Shown here piece after piece: positions 1-9,377 of a stretch of 64,000 nt of DNA. The position numbers were made by a program, and so were the translations under genes. The DNA is from Formivibrio sp. (GTDB lineage: Bacteria; Pseudomonadota; Gammaproteobacteria; Burkholderiales; Chitinibacteraceae), in NCBI GenBank assembly GCA_031291275.1, contig JARLJJ010000423.1, positions 10,108-74,107 on the forward strand, read 5' to 3'. Each line of letters starts with the position of its first letter. Position 1 is the stretch's first letter. The notes under the pieces were generated by a model. It worked only from the letters and a program-made list of their open reading frames with translations. It was not told where the DNA came from and ran no database searches.

Positions 1-1064
1 GCTTCGAGATCCGGGTAGTCGATATAGCCAACCACAGGATCGGGCAAGCCATAACCGTAGAAAGCTTCCGGACGGTGCGGGTTAAGCGGCGCATCCAATG
101 CCAGCCGCCGTGGTAAATCGGGATTGGCGATAAAATCCTTGCCGAATGAAACCGCATCCGCTTCACCGGCATCCAGTACCTGCTGCGCACTGTCGCGGGT
201 AAACGCTTCGTTGGCGATATACACACCACCAAAGGCTTTTTTCAGCGCAGGACCAATCTGTTTGGCACCCAGAGATTCACGGGCAAAGATGAACGCAATA
301 CCGCGCCGACCCAATTCCTTGGCCACGTAACTGAACGTAGCCAAAGGATCAGAATCACCCATGGTGTGCGCATCGCCACGTGGCGCGAGATGCATTCCCA
401 CGCGCCCCGGCCCCCAGACCGAAATGGCCGCATCGGTCACTTCCAGCATCAGGCGCGCCCGATTTTCGATGGAACCGCCATACTGATCCGTCCGCTTGTT
501 GGTGCTGTCCTGTAAAAATTGGTCCAGCAGATAGCCATTGGCACCGTGAAGTTCCACGCCATCGAACCCGGCAAGCTTCGCGTTTTCCGCGCCTTGGCGG
601 TAAGCCTCGACAATGCCTGGAATCTCCGCGGTTTCCAGCGCGCGCGGGGTCACAAAATCGCGCATCGGCCGCAACAGGCTCACATGCCCTTGGGCAGCAA
701 TCGCGCTGGGCGCGACGGGCAATTCGCCGTTCAGATACTCAGGATCGGAAATCCGTCCGACATGCCACAGTTGCACAAAAATACGCCCGCCTGCGGCATG
801 CACGGCATCGGTGACAAGCTTCCAGCCGGCAACCTGCTCGGCAGACCAGATTCCCGGCGTATCCGGGTAGCCCACGCCTTGCGGCGTCACCGCAGTCGCT
901 TCGCTCAGGATCAGCCCGGCACTGGCGCGCTGGGCGTAATACTCGGCCATCAAGGCATTGGGAACGCGGCCGGCACTGGCGCGGCAACGGGTTAGTGGTG
1001 CCATCACAATACGGTTGGGCCATTGCAAGTCGCCGACTTGGATTGGATCGAACAAGGTAGTCAT
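1..1064 (-). CDS. Old yellow enzyme / alkene reductase (NemA/XenB family); 3' end runs off the window
   Basis: Manual translation from ATG 1064 gives MTTLFDPIQVGDLQWPNRIVMAPLTRCRA...EYYAQRASAGLILSEAT, and the window edge reads ...GYIDYPDLE. Missing from the ORF track because the stop lies outside the window. Confidence 0.92.
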   Translation of the reverse strand, partial: MTTLFDPIQVGDLQWPNRIVMAPLTRCRASAGRVPNALMAEYYAQRASAGLILSEATAVTPQGVGYPDTPGIWSAEQVAGWKLVTDAVHAAGGRIFVQLWHVGRISDPEYLNGELPVAPSAIAAQGHVSLLRPMRDFVTPRALETAEIPGIVEAYRQGAENAKLAGFDGVELHGANGYLLDQFLQDSTNKRTDQYGGSIENRARLMLEVTDAAISVWGPGRVGMHLAPRGDAHTMGDSDPLATFSYVAKELGRRGIAFIFARESLGAKQIGPALKKAFGGVYIANEAFTRDSAQQVLDAGEADAVSFGKDFIANPDLPRRLALDAPLNPHRPEAFYGYGLPDPVVGYIDYPDLE

Positions 1065-1152
1065 GGGATGCCTCTTTCAGGTTGTATTAGGTCAGTCGTT
1101 GTTTCACATGCGGCTCAATGGTAGAAAAACAATGCCGGTTTTCCCGACCAGA

Positions 1153-2166
1153 TCAGAAACCTTCCAATACGATCTTGCCCTTCGCCTGCCCGCTCTCAAG
1201 CAAAGCATGCGCGCCGCGCAGATTGGCGGCACTGATTGTGCCGAAGTGTTCGCCCACGGTCGTACGGATCAGCCCGGCATCCACAAGTCCAGCCAGTTCA
1301 TCGAGCAAACGGCCCTGCCCCGCCATGTCTGCGGTACCGAACAACGAGCGGGTGAACATGAATTCCCAGTGCAGCGATACGCTCTTGCGCTTGAGCAGGG
1401 AAATGTCGATCGTCTTCGGGTCGTCGATCAACCCGAATTGGCCTTGCGGCGCCATGGATTGGGCAATCTCGGCAAAATGCTGGTCGGTGTGCGTCAGGCT
1501 GACCGCGTATTGCACTTGCGAAATACCGATGCGTTGGAGTTCCGCCGAAATGGGCTGGCTGTGGTCGATTACGTGATGTGCGCCCAACGCCTTCACCCAC
1601 TCCTGGGTTTGCGGTCGCGAAGCGGTGCCGATCACGGTCAGCGCAGTCAGGCGTCGAGCAAGTTGAACCATGATCGAGCCCACGCCGCCCGCCGCGCCAA
1701 TAATCAGCAGCGCGCCCTGGTTGGCTGGCTTGCCCGGCGCAATCGCCAGGCGATCGAACAGCATTTCCCAAGCGGTGATCGCAGTCAGCGGCAACGCGGC
1801 GGCTTGGGCAAAATCAAGGCTCTCGGGCATGCGCCCGACGATGCGTTCATCGACCAATTGCAGTTCGCTATTGCTACCCTGCCGGGCAATCGAGCCGGCG
1901 TACCAAACCCGGTCTCCCGGCCGGAAACCCGTCACCTCTGGCCCGACGGCGCGCACGATTCCGGCCGCATCCCAGCCCAACACTTTCCATTCGCCCTCGG
2001 CAGGTGCCACACCCAGGCGCACCTTGGTATCGACGGGATTGACCGAGACCGCCCGGACTTCCACCAGCAGATCGCGGCCGCTGGCCACCGGGTCCGGCAA
2101 GGTGATGTCCTGAAGGGAAAGCGGATCGGTAATCGGCAGAGAGTACTGGTAGGCAATGGCTTTCAT
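1153..2166 (-). CDS. Zinc-binding alcohol dehydrogenase / quinone oxidoreductase family (MDR)
   Basis: MKAIAY...VSVNPVDTKVR, LGWDAAG, GAAGGVGS nucleotide-binding motif, C-terminal GKIVLEGF; start taken at MKAIAY. Confidence 0.92.
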   Translation of the reverse strand: MKAIAYQYSLPITDPLSLQDITLPDPVASGRDLLVEVRAVSVNPVDTKVRLGVAPAEGEWKVLGWDAAGIVRAVGPEVTGFRPGDRVWYAGSIARQGSNSELQLVDERIVGRMPESLDFAQAAALPLTAITAWEMLFDRLAIAPGKPANQGALLIIGAAGGVGSIMVQLARRLTALTVIGTASRPQTQEWVKALGAHHVIDHSQPISAELQRIGISQVQYAVSLTHTDQHFAEIAQSMAPQGQFGLIDDPKTIDISLLKRKSVSLHWEFMFTRSLFGTADMAGQGRLLDELAGLVDAGLIRTTVGEHFGTISAANLRGAHALLESGQAKGKIVLEGF

Positions 2167-2195
2167 GGTGTTTTTCCGTTCAAGATAAGATGGGC

Positions 2196-2341
2196 TCAAA
2201 CCTGTTTACGATCTGTCGCGAGAGGGTGTCAACGGGGTGAAGAGCAGCGCAAAAACCGGAATGTACAAGTAGTACATGAGGATTTTGAGCAGCACATGAG
2301 CCCCGATCACACCCTCGCAGCAAGATCGTGAGCAGGTTTGA
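2196..2341. mobile_element. MITE-like non-autonomous element (~146 bp) with 19-bp imperfect terminal inverted repeats
   Basis: TCAAACCTGTTTACGATCT (2196-2214) pairs with AGATCGTGAGCAGGTTTGA (2323-2341); nested inner stems GAGGGTGT/ACACCCTC and ATGTAC..GTACAT. Confidence 0.7.
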
Positions 2342-2390
2342 AGTATCAATCAACGCATATCGCAGATAAACTAGCCGTTACACGAATTAC

Positions 2391-2409
2391 TTTCAAAATT
2401 ATTTTGAAA
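2391..2409. promoter_or_regulatory. Palindromic operator at the LysR gene start
   Basis: TTTCAAAAT-T-ATTTTGAAA, perfect 9-bp arms, in the divergent region between the ADH and LysR genes. Confidence 0.5.
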
Positions 2410-3324
2410 ATAAAAAACCTGCACGATCTGGAAATTTTTGTCCTGACCGCCGACAGTGGCAGCCTGTCTGCCGCTGCGCGCACGCTGGATATCTCGCCGG
2501 CCGTGGCCAGCGCCAGCCTGAAGCGGCTGGAAGCCGAGCTGGGCATGGCGCTGCTGCTGCGTTCAACCCGCAGCCTGCGCCTGACCACCGAAGGCGAACG
2601 CCTGCTACCTGCCGCCCGCCTGGCACTGGCCGGGCTCAAGGATGCCGTGGAGGAAATCGCCACGGGCCGCCAGGTCGTCCGCGATCATCTGCAAATTTCA
2701 ATGCCGTCCGACCTGGGTCGCAACCAGATGCTGGGCTGGCTGGACGAGTTCCAGGCCCTTTATCCGGAAGTGACCCTGCGCATTCACCTCTCGGATCGGC
2801 TGGCAGACATCTATCGCCAGCCGGTGGATATCGCCATTCGCTATGGCATACCCGCCGACTCGGGACTGGTCGCGCTGCCCTTGCTCCCGTCCAACCGGCG
2901 CGTGCTGTGCGCCTCGCCAGCGTATGTCGCGCGCCACGGCAGCCCGGCAACGCCGGCGGAGTTGTCCTCGCACAATTGCCTGCGCTACCGCCTGGGGGAT
3001 GAAGTGCATGAACGCTGGCAGTTTTTCAAGGATGGCGAGGAAATCAGCGTGGCCGTCAGCGGCAACCGGGTATCGGACGACGCCGATGCCGTGCGCCGCT
3101 GGGCCGTGGCCGGGTTTGGCATTGCCAGCAAATCGCTGCTCGATCTGGTGCCCGATCTGCAAGCGGGACGACTGGTGCGCCTGTGCCCGGACTGGAGCGG
3201 CGAGTCCGCGCCGCTTTCGCTGATCTGCGCCGGCCGCCGCCAGCTCTCGCCCACCGTGGCTTTGCTGCGCGAACACTTGCGCCAGCGCTGCAATGGAACG
3301 ATGGCGAGTCTGACGTTGGCATGA
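2404..3324 (+). CDS. LysR-family transcriptional regulator (CrgA-like), divergent from ADH/OYE
   Basis: HTH GSLSAAARTLDISPAVASASLKRLEAELG..LLLRSTRSLRLTTEG; substrate domain with VDIAIRYG and CASPAY; start (TTG 2404) uncertain. Confidence 0.92.
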   Translation: MKIKNLHDLEIFVLTADSGSLSAAARTLDISPAVASASLKRLEAELGMALLLRSTRSLRLTTEGERLLPAARLALAGLKDAVEEIATGRQVVRDHLQISMPSDLGRNQMLGWLDEFQALYPEVTLRIHLSDRLADIYRQPVDIAIRYGIPADSGLVALPLLPSNRRVLCASPAYVARHGSPATPAELSSHNCLRYRLGDEVHERWQFFKDGEEISVAVSGNRVSDDADAVRRWAVAGFGIASKSLLDLVPDLQAGRLVRLCPDWSGESAPLSLICAGRRQLSPTVALLREHLRQRCNGTMASLTLA

Positions 3325-3388
3325 GCTTGCCCGGCCTGTCGATCAATGCGGATTGGGTTATCGCGATCAATCCGACCGCGAATATTCT

Positions 3389-4609
3389 TTACACCGCCAC
3401 AGCCGGAAGCAGGAAGACCTGACGCAGATACGCCAGGAAAGTATGGTCATCGCAGAGTGTCTTGCCGGGCGAATCGGAAAGCTTGGCCACGGGCTGACCA
3501 TTGCACGAGGTAATCTTCATCACGATATTCAGCGCCGGATGGACAGTATCGTTGGACAGATTCGTCCCGATACCAAAACTCGTGGCAATGCGTCCCCTGA
3601 AATGGCGATGCAATTCAAGCGCAGCGGCAATGGTGAGCCCATCGGAAAATACCAGGCGCTTGGTCAGGGGATCGATACGCAGCTTTTTATAATGCGAAAT
3701 CGCCTTTTCTCCCCAGGCAACCGGTTCGCCCGAATCGTGCCGCAGGCCATCGAATAGCTTGGCGAAATACAGGTCAAAATCGCGCAAAAACGCATCCATC
3801 CCCACCACATCGGTCAGTGCCACCCCCAAGTCACCGCGGAACTCCTGCACCCAGCCTTCCAGTGCCGCTTTCTGGAAATCGCGCAACCGAATGGGAAATG
3901 ACTGATAGGCCTGCAGGTATTCGTGCGCCATGGTGCCAATGGGCGTCAGACCAAACTTCTTGGCCAGATATACGTTGGAGGTACCCCGAAAATAATCCGG
4001 CAATTCTCGCGCCAGCGTCTGTACCACTTCCGCCTGCCAGACCCCGGAATAACGACGGCGCAGGCCGAAATCAAAAAACATGAACGGGAATGCCGGGTAC
4101 TGCTGCAACTCGGTCGAGGCCTCGCGCAGAGTGCCGATCTTGGCCTGCAGCCTCAATCTCGCATCGTCCAGCACTTCAACTCCAGCCGGCATGCGACGGA
4201 AATACAGTTCGTTGATGATATAGAGCACGAAGATCTCGAAGCCCATCACATGCACCAGCGGCCCCTTGGCCTGCACTACCAGATGCTCGCCTTCCGTACT
4301 CACGCTAATGAAGCGACGCTGAAAGCGAAACACGGTGAGAAAATCCACGAAATCGCTCTTGATAAAGCGCAGCCCGCGCAGGTAATCCAGTTCGTCCTGA
4401 GCAAAACTGAGTGTGCACAGGTGATCCAGTTCGCGCTCCACCTCTTCTTTCAGTTCTGCCAACGGAAACAGCGTCGCATTGCGGCAGACAAAACCATACT
4501 CTGCCTGAGCACCCGGATTGCTGTGCAGCAAGGCCTGCCACATGGTGAATTTGTAAAGATCATTCTCCAGCAGACTGCACACGATGGGGTGCGAATGCTT
4601 GCTTGTCAT
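3389..4609 (-). CDS. pncB: Nicotinate phosphoribosyltransferase
   Basis: [45 protein letters not shown] motifs. Confidence 0.95.
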   Translation of the reverse strand: MTSKHSHPIVCSLLENDLYKFTMWQALLHSNPGAQAEYGFVCRNATLFPLAELKEEVERELDHLCTLSFAQDELDYLRGLRFIKSDFVDFLTVFRFQRRFISVSTEGEHLVVQAKGPLVHVMGFEIFVLYIINELYFRRMPAGVEVLDDARLRLQAKIGTLREASTELQQYPAFPFMFFDFGLRRRYSGVWQAEVVQTLARELPDYFRGTSNVYLAKKFGLTPIGTMAHEYLQAYQSFPIRLRDFQKAALEGWVQEFRGDLGVALTDVVGMDAFLRDFDLYFAKLFDGLRHDSGEPVAWGEKAISHYKKLRIDPLTKRLVFSDGLTIAAALELHRHFRGRIATSFGIGTNLSNDTVHPALNIVMKITSCNGQPVAKLSDSPGKTLCDDHTFLAYLRQVFLLPAVAV

Positions 4610-4838
4610 ATTCGTGGTCTCATTCAGCAAAGGCCATTTTTCCTTTTCTGGAGGAAAGGGAAAATGGCAAGGAAAGTGAATGATGCCCCTCAAACCGCTC
4701 ACGGGAAAGGCTATTGTTCCCCCTGCCCTGCCGGGGACGAAACTTCCTACCAGGAACCCGTGCTCATTGACCGTGGCACATCTTGCGATGCCGGGAACAC
4801 TGCACTACCGTGAACCATGAGTTTCCCATCCGGACGCT

Positions 4839-5834
4839 GTGCAAGCGGCCACCCCGGGTAACGGAGGGAGAACAATACATAAGCAGGATCGCATCTTCGT
4901 TGGCGGTGATTTCATCAGGTGGGGCGTTGTTCTGGCACTCATGATTGTCGATGCCATCTGGCTGGCGCAAACCCATCGCTCGATCGAACCCGCGAGTTTG
5001 ATCTCCACCGTGATACCGGTGTCCGCGCTGGCGACGCTTGCGGGCATGCTTTTCCTGCTCGACAGAATGCAATGGTTTGTTGCGTCCAGGTTCAGAAATC
5101 CTCTTTCCAACGTGGCCACCTGCTTGCACTGTGTTGCGCTACTGGTCGCGTTTTCAAATGTGACGGCCATCCTGCAATACCTGCTGATTGCCCTGGCGCC
5201 TCCGCTCATTGACCAGGATCTGGCGGAACTCGATGCCCGAATGGGATTCCACTGGCCGCTCGTGTATGAGTGGGTGCGAAGCCGCCCTCCGATCACCCGA
5301 CTATTGCACCTGGCTTATCTGAGCGGCATGGTTCAACTGGTCACGATCCCCGTGGTAATCGGCTTGAAGGGAAAAACCGGGTATTTGCGGGAATTGGTAT
5401 CCCTTATCATGCTGTCCAGCATTTTGACGATACTCATCGCCGGCGTTTATCCGGCTGGGGAGGCTTACTCGTTTTATGGTTTGGCCAGTCCAAGCGAATT
5501 GCACACGATTTCACACTTTGAAATGCTCCGGAATGGCTCGCTCCGTGTTTTTCGTCCAGGAGAAATGCAAGGACTGGTCTCGATTCCGTCTTTTCATACG
5601 ATCATGGCTTTACTTTTCATCCAGTCAATGCGATGGACCCGCTGTGGTTTCTGGCTCGTTTTTTTACTCAACGCGCTCATGATCCTCTCAACGATTACCG
5701 AGGGCGGCCACTACCTGATTGACATATTCGGTGGCATCGCCTTGTGGGCGGTCAGCGTCGGCCTCATGCACCTCTTTACCATTCGGCGTTCCGCGCCGGT
5801 TCCCTCGCATGGCACAAAACCGCAAGTGAACTAA
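4839..5834 (+). CDS. PAP2-superfamily integral membrane phosphotransferase (AUR1/IPC-synthase-like, PAP2_3)
   Basis: Multiple TM helices; YPAGEA, PSFH and GGHYLID motifs; start uncertain. Confidence 0.8.
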   Translation: MQAATPGNGGRTIHKQDRIFVGGDFIRWGVVLALMIVDAIWLAQTHRSIEPASLISTVIPVSALATLAGMLFLLDRMQWFVASRFRNPLSNVATCLHCVALLVAFSNVTAILQYLLIALAPPLIDQDLAELDARMGFHWPLVYEWVRSRPPITRLLHLAYLSGMVQLVTIPVVIGLKGKTGYLRELVSLIMLSSILTILIAGVYPAGEAYSFYGLASPSELHTISHFEMLRNGSLRVFRPGEMQGLVSIPSFHTIMALLFIQSMRWTRCGFWLVFLLNALMILSTITEGGHYLIDIFGGIALWAVSVGLMHLFTIRRSAPVPSHGTKPQVN

Positions 5835-5908
5835 TCTGGAAAACATGACAACGCCAGGCAAGACGTGATGCCTGCTCGAAAACAATAACCAGAGAATCAG
5901 GAGTTGCC

Positions 5909-8149
5909 ATGGAGCCAGAAAATGCGTTCGATGCTTTAACCGACTCCGGGACGGCCATTGCCCTCCCCGGTACCTATGCCATCCGCTGGAAACGCATCCT
6001 CTGTGTCCTGTTCTTTTTTTCCGGATTTCCCGCGCTGATCTACCAACTGGTCTGGCAGCGCGCGCTGTTCCGCATCTTTGGCGTCAACATCGAATCGGTC
6101 ACGATCGTCGTGACCGCATTCATGATCGGACTGGGCTTGGGCAGTCTGGCGGGCGGCTGGCTATCCAGGCGGCGCAGCATTCCGCTGCTACCACTGCTGG
6201 CTGCCATTGAGCTGCTGACCGGAAGCTTCGGCATCGTTTCACTGGATATCTTCGACAAAGTTGGTTCAATCGCCTTGGGCATGCCGCTGACGCTGACGGC
6301 TATAGTCACCTTGCTTCTGGTGATTGTGCCCACGCTACTGATGGGAGCCACTTTACCGGTCCTGGTGAGCCATCTCGTCAGCCGTTCCGGGAATGTGGGC
6401 AGCTCGGTCGGTCTGCTCTACTATGTCAACACTTTGGGCGCCGGGGCATCCTGTCTTGTCTGTGCCTGCCTGCTGTTCCCGTTTTTCGGCATGCAGACCG
6501 TCATTTACATGGCGGCATCCATGAATGCCCTGGTCGCAAGCGGCGCACTTGTCGTTCATGTGCGTGACCGTCGCGAGGTGCGGGTTTTATCAACCCAACC
6601 TCCGGCCCGACCGGCATCGTCACCGGTGCTGGGCTTCGGCACGGTGCTGGCCCTGGCCTTTGCCGGCGGCTTTATCTCGCTCTCTTACGAAATTTTCTTT
6701 TTCCGTACCGTATCCTTTGCAACGGGAAGCAGTGCGCTTGCTTTTGCGGTCACACTCGGGGCATTCCTTGTCGGACTGGCCTCCGGTTCGCGCGAAGCCG
6801 GCGAATGGTGCGAAGCGGCCGGCGAAAACGGCCGGCGCGGTCTGGTAGAGGGCCTGATCCTGGCCAATTTGCTTGGCTCGCTGTTTTTGCCCATCGTAGG
6901 GCACCTCGGCGTATTGGGTCCGGTTTTGCTGGGGGTCTGCCTGCTTCTGGTGTACTTTCTGGCGCGAAAGTGGGGAATATTGTTCCCGTGTCTCGCACAC
7001 CTCGGCGTCGCAGCGGACAACCGCGCCGGCATGCAGACCGCACTGCTCTATCTTGCCAACATCGCCGGATCGGCAACGGGTTGTATCCTGACTGGCTTCG
7101 TCTTGATGGATCGCATGCGCCTTGTGAACATTGCAATCGTCCTGGTGCTTGCAGGGCTGGTTTGCACCATGCTGCTGGCCATTTCACTCCCGCTTTCCCC
7201 GCAGTCAAAGTGGCTTAATGCGGGAAAGGCAACGGGGCTGGGCGCCGTCACCTTACTCCTGCTCCCGTCGCTGACTTCCGGCGCGCTTGAATCCTTGATG
7301 TGGAAGAAATCACCGGACGCCACAACCGCCTTTGCCAATGTCATTGAAAACCGCAGCGGCATCATCACCGTCGACCAGACCGGGGCGGTCTACGGTAATG
7401 GCATGTACGATGGTCGTTTCAAAATTGATTTATTCAACGATATCAATGGCATTGTGCGACCGTATGCATTAAGCCTTTTTCATCCCCATCCCAGGAACGT
7501 ACTGATGATCGGCTTCGCATCCGGCTCATGGGCGCAGGTCATTGCAAACAATCCGGAAGTCTCATCACTGACAATTATCGAAATCAACCCAGGTTACCTT
7601 GAGCTGGTGGCTCAAAAGCCCGAGGTAGCATCGGTACTGACCAATCCCAAGGTCCGTATCGTCACCGACGACGGCAGGCGCTGGCTGCACCGGAATCCGG
7701 GAAGCCGGTTTGACGCCATCGTTTCTAACACCACTTGGCATTTCAGGGCCAACGCGACCAATCTGCTCTCCACGGAATTTCTTGACCTGATCAAAGAACA
7801 TCTGCAACCGGGGGGAATTTTTTATTACAACACGACCGGTTCCGAACGGGCACAGCGCACAGGGTGTCTGGCTTATCCGTACGGAGCACTGTTCACGAAC
7901 CACATGGTAGTTTCGCTCACGCCGTTGGCTGTAGATTACGAGCGATGGTTTCGCATTCTCGAAGCTTACCGGATCAACGGCCAAACGATACTCGACCTGC
8001 GGCGTAACCAGGATCGGCAACTTGCCGCTCAATTGAAGACCATCCAGATTGAAAACTGTCCTGACATCCTTGCTCGCACCATCGGCAAAATACCGATCAC
8101 CGACGACAATATGGGAACGGAATGGCGGTATCCACTTGGAATGCAATAA
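5909..8149 (+). CDS. Fused multi-TM (MFS-like) / spermidine-synthase-like SAM-fold protein
   Basis: FFFSGFPALIYQLVWQR..FG, MGATLP, LYYVNTLGA and repeated SLSYEIFFFR membrane halves; C-terminal VLMIGFASGSW, IIEINP, DDGRRWL, LQPGG. Confidence 0.85.
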   Translation: MEPENAFDALTDSGTAIALPGTYAIRWKRILCVLFFFSGFPALIYQLVWQRALFRIFGVNIESVTIVVTAFMIGLGLGSLAGGWLSRRRSIPLLPLLAAIELLTGSFGIVSLDIFDKVGSIALGMPLTLTAIVTLLLVIVPTLLMGATLPVLVSHLVSRSGNVGSSVGLLYYVNTLGAGASCLVCACLLFPFFGMQTVIYMAASMNALVASGALVVHVRDRREVRVLSTQPPARPASSPVLGFGTVLALAFAGGFISLSYEIFFFRTVSFATGSSALAFAVTLGAFLVGLASGSREAGEWCEAAGENGRRGLVEGLILANLLGSLFLPIVGHLGVLGPVLLGVCLLLVYFLARKWGILFPCLAHLGVAADNRAGMQTALLYLANIAGSATGCILTGFVLMDRMRLVNIAIVLVLAGLVCTMLLAISLPLSPQSKWLNAGKATGLGAVTLLLLPSLTSGALESLMWKKSPDATTAFANVIENRSGIITVDQTGAVYGNGMYDGRFKIDLFNDINGIVRPYALSLFHPHPRNVLMIGFASGSWAQVIANNPEVSSLTIIEINPGYLELVAQKPEVASVLTNPKVRIVTDDGRRWLHRNPGSRFDAIVSNTTWHFRANATNLLSTEFLDLIKEHLQPGGIFYYNTTGSERAQRTGCLAYPYGALFTNHMVVSLTPLAVDYERWFRILEAYRINGQTILDLRRNQDRQLAAQLKTIQIENCPDILARTIGKIPITDDNMGTEWRYPLGMQ

Positions 8150-8553
8150 TCACCGTACTCCCGCCAAGAACCAAGAAAATGTCACCCCCTCGGAAATCGC
8201 ACTCTGATTTCTTCACACGTTCTCATTTCATCCGTCAAAATCATCCTTCCTCTAAGGGAAATAAGGTAAACGTACCATCTATCACTCGTTTCCAAAGTCT
8301 TCGAAAGCCCTTTTCATTCAAGCTTTGCTACAACCGCTCAATTGGCACTACAGCCGCTTAACCCAAGCCAGGACCGTTTGCCAGACACTGCTCCACGACT
8401 ATTCGCCACTTGCGGTACTCGTACCACGGCGTGGCAAATGACTTGTCCCGGGACACAATACCCATCCACGTAAAAATTAATCAAACGTCAACAGAACCTT
8501 GCAGTCACTCGACTATGATTGAAAAACATCTTGTTCCCCCATTTGCCCCCACC

Positions 8554-9369
8554 ATGAAATCCATCGACCCATTAGCGGTGGAAGTTGCCGGATTGGTCCA
8601 CCATTACGGCAACTTTGTCGCACTGAAAGGCATCGATCTCCAGATACATCAGGGCCAGATTTTCGGATTGCTGGGCCCCAACGGCGCGGGCAAAAGCACG
8701 GCCCTCAAGATATTGACCACCTTGCTCACGCCAACCGCAGGCTCGGCCCACGTTGCGGGAATCGATGTCATTCAATCCCCGCTGCAGGTGCGGGCGAAAA
8801 TTGGCTATGTTCCGCAAATGCTCTCCGCCGATGGCGCCTTGACCGGCTACGAAAACCTGCGCCTGTCTGCCCGCCTGTATGACATTCGCGGCAAGGACAG
8901 GGAACAGCGGATCACCGAAGCACTGCAATTCATGGGCATGAGCGAAGCCGCCGCCAAACTGGTGAAAACTTATTCGGGCGGCATGATCAGGCGCCTGGAG
9001 TTGGCGCAGGCAATGCTGCACCGGCCCAGCGTCTTGTTCCTGGACGAACCCACCATCGGCCTGGATCCGGTCGCACGCCGCCATGTCTGGGATCGGCTAC
9101 TGGAACTGCGCCGCCAATATGGCATCACCGTGTTGATCACCACGCACGACATGGAAGAAGCCGATTTCCTCTGCGATGAACTGGCCATCCTGCATCAGGG
9201 CACGGTGACAGCAGTCGGCACGCCCGCCGCGCTGAAACAGCAAGTTGGCCCGGATGCCGATCTGAACGATGTGTTTTCGCACTACAGCAGCGGCAGTGCG
9301 CTGCAGGAAGAAGGCGGCCGCTATCGCGACGTTCGCAAAACCCGCACCACGGCGCGCCGACTCGGTTAA
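8554..9369 (+). CDS. ABC transporter ATP-binding protein (DrrA-like)
   Basis: Walker A GPNGAGKS, signature YSGGM, Walker B LFLDEPT, TTHDMEEA; start 8515 or 8554. Confidence 0.92.
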   Translation: MKSIDPLAVEVAGLVHHYGNFVALKGIDLQIHQGQIFGLLGPNGAGKSTALKILTTLLTPTAGSAHVAGIDVIQSPLQVRAKIGYVPQMLSADGALTGYENLRLSARLYDIRGKDREQRITEALQFMGMSEAAAKLVKTYSGGMIRRLELAQAMLHRPSVLFLDEPTIGLDPVARRHVWDRLLELRRQYGITVLITTHDMEEADFLCDELAILHQGTVTAVGTPAALKQQVGPDADLNDVFSHYSSGSALQEEGGRYRDVRKTRTTARRLG

Positions 9370-9377
9370 GGAAATAT

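Noticed and set aside
958-2331. 457-aa + strand ORF and other long antisense ORFs (21273-22346, 25030-26097, 41072-42019, 61866-62813)
   Set aside because: They overlap well-supported genes on the opposite strand and have no protein-family motifs.
4774-4786. TGGCACATCTTGC as a sigma-54 promoter for the PAP2 gene
   Set aside because: Spacing between TGGCAC and TTGC is 3 nt rather than the required 5.
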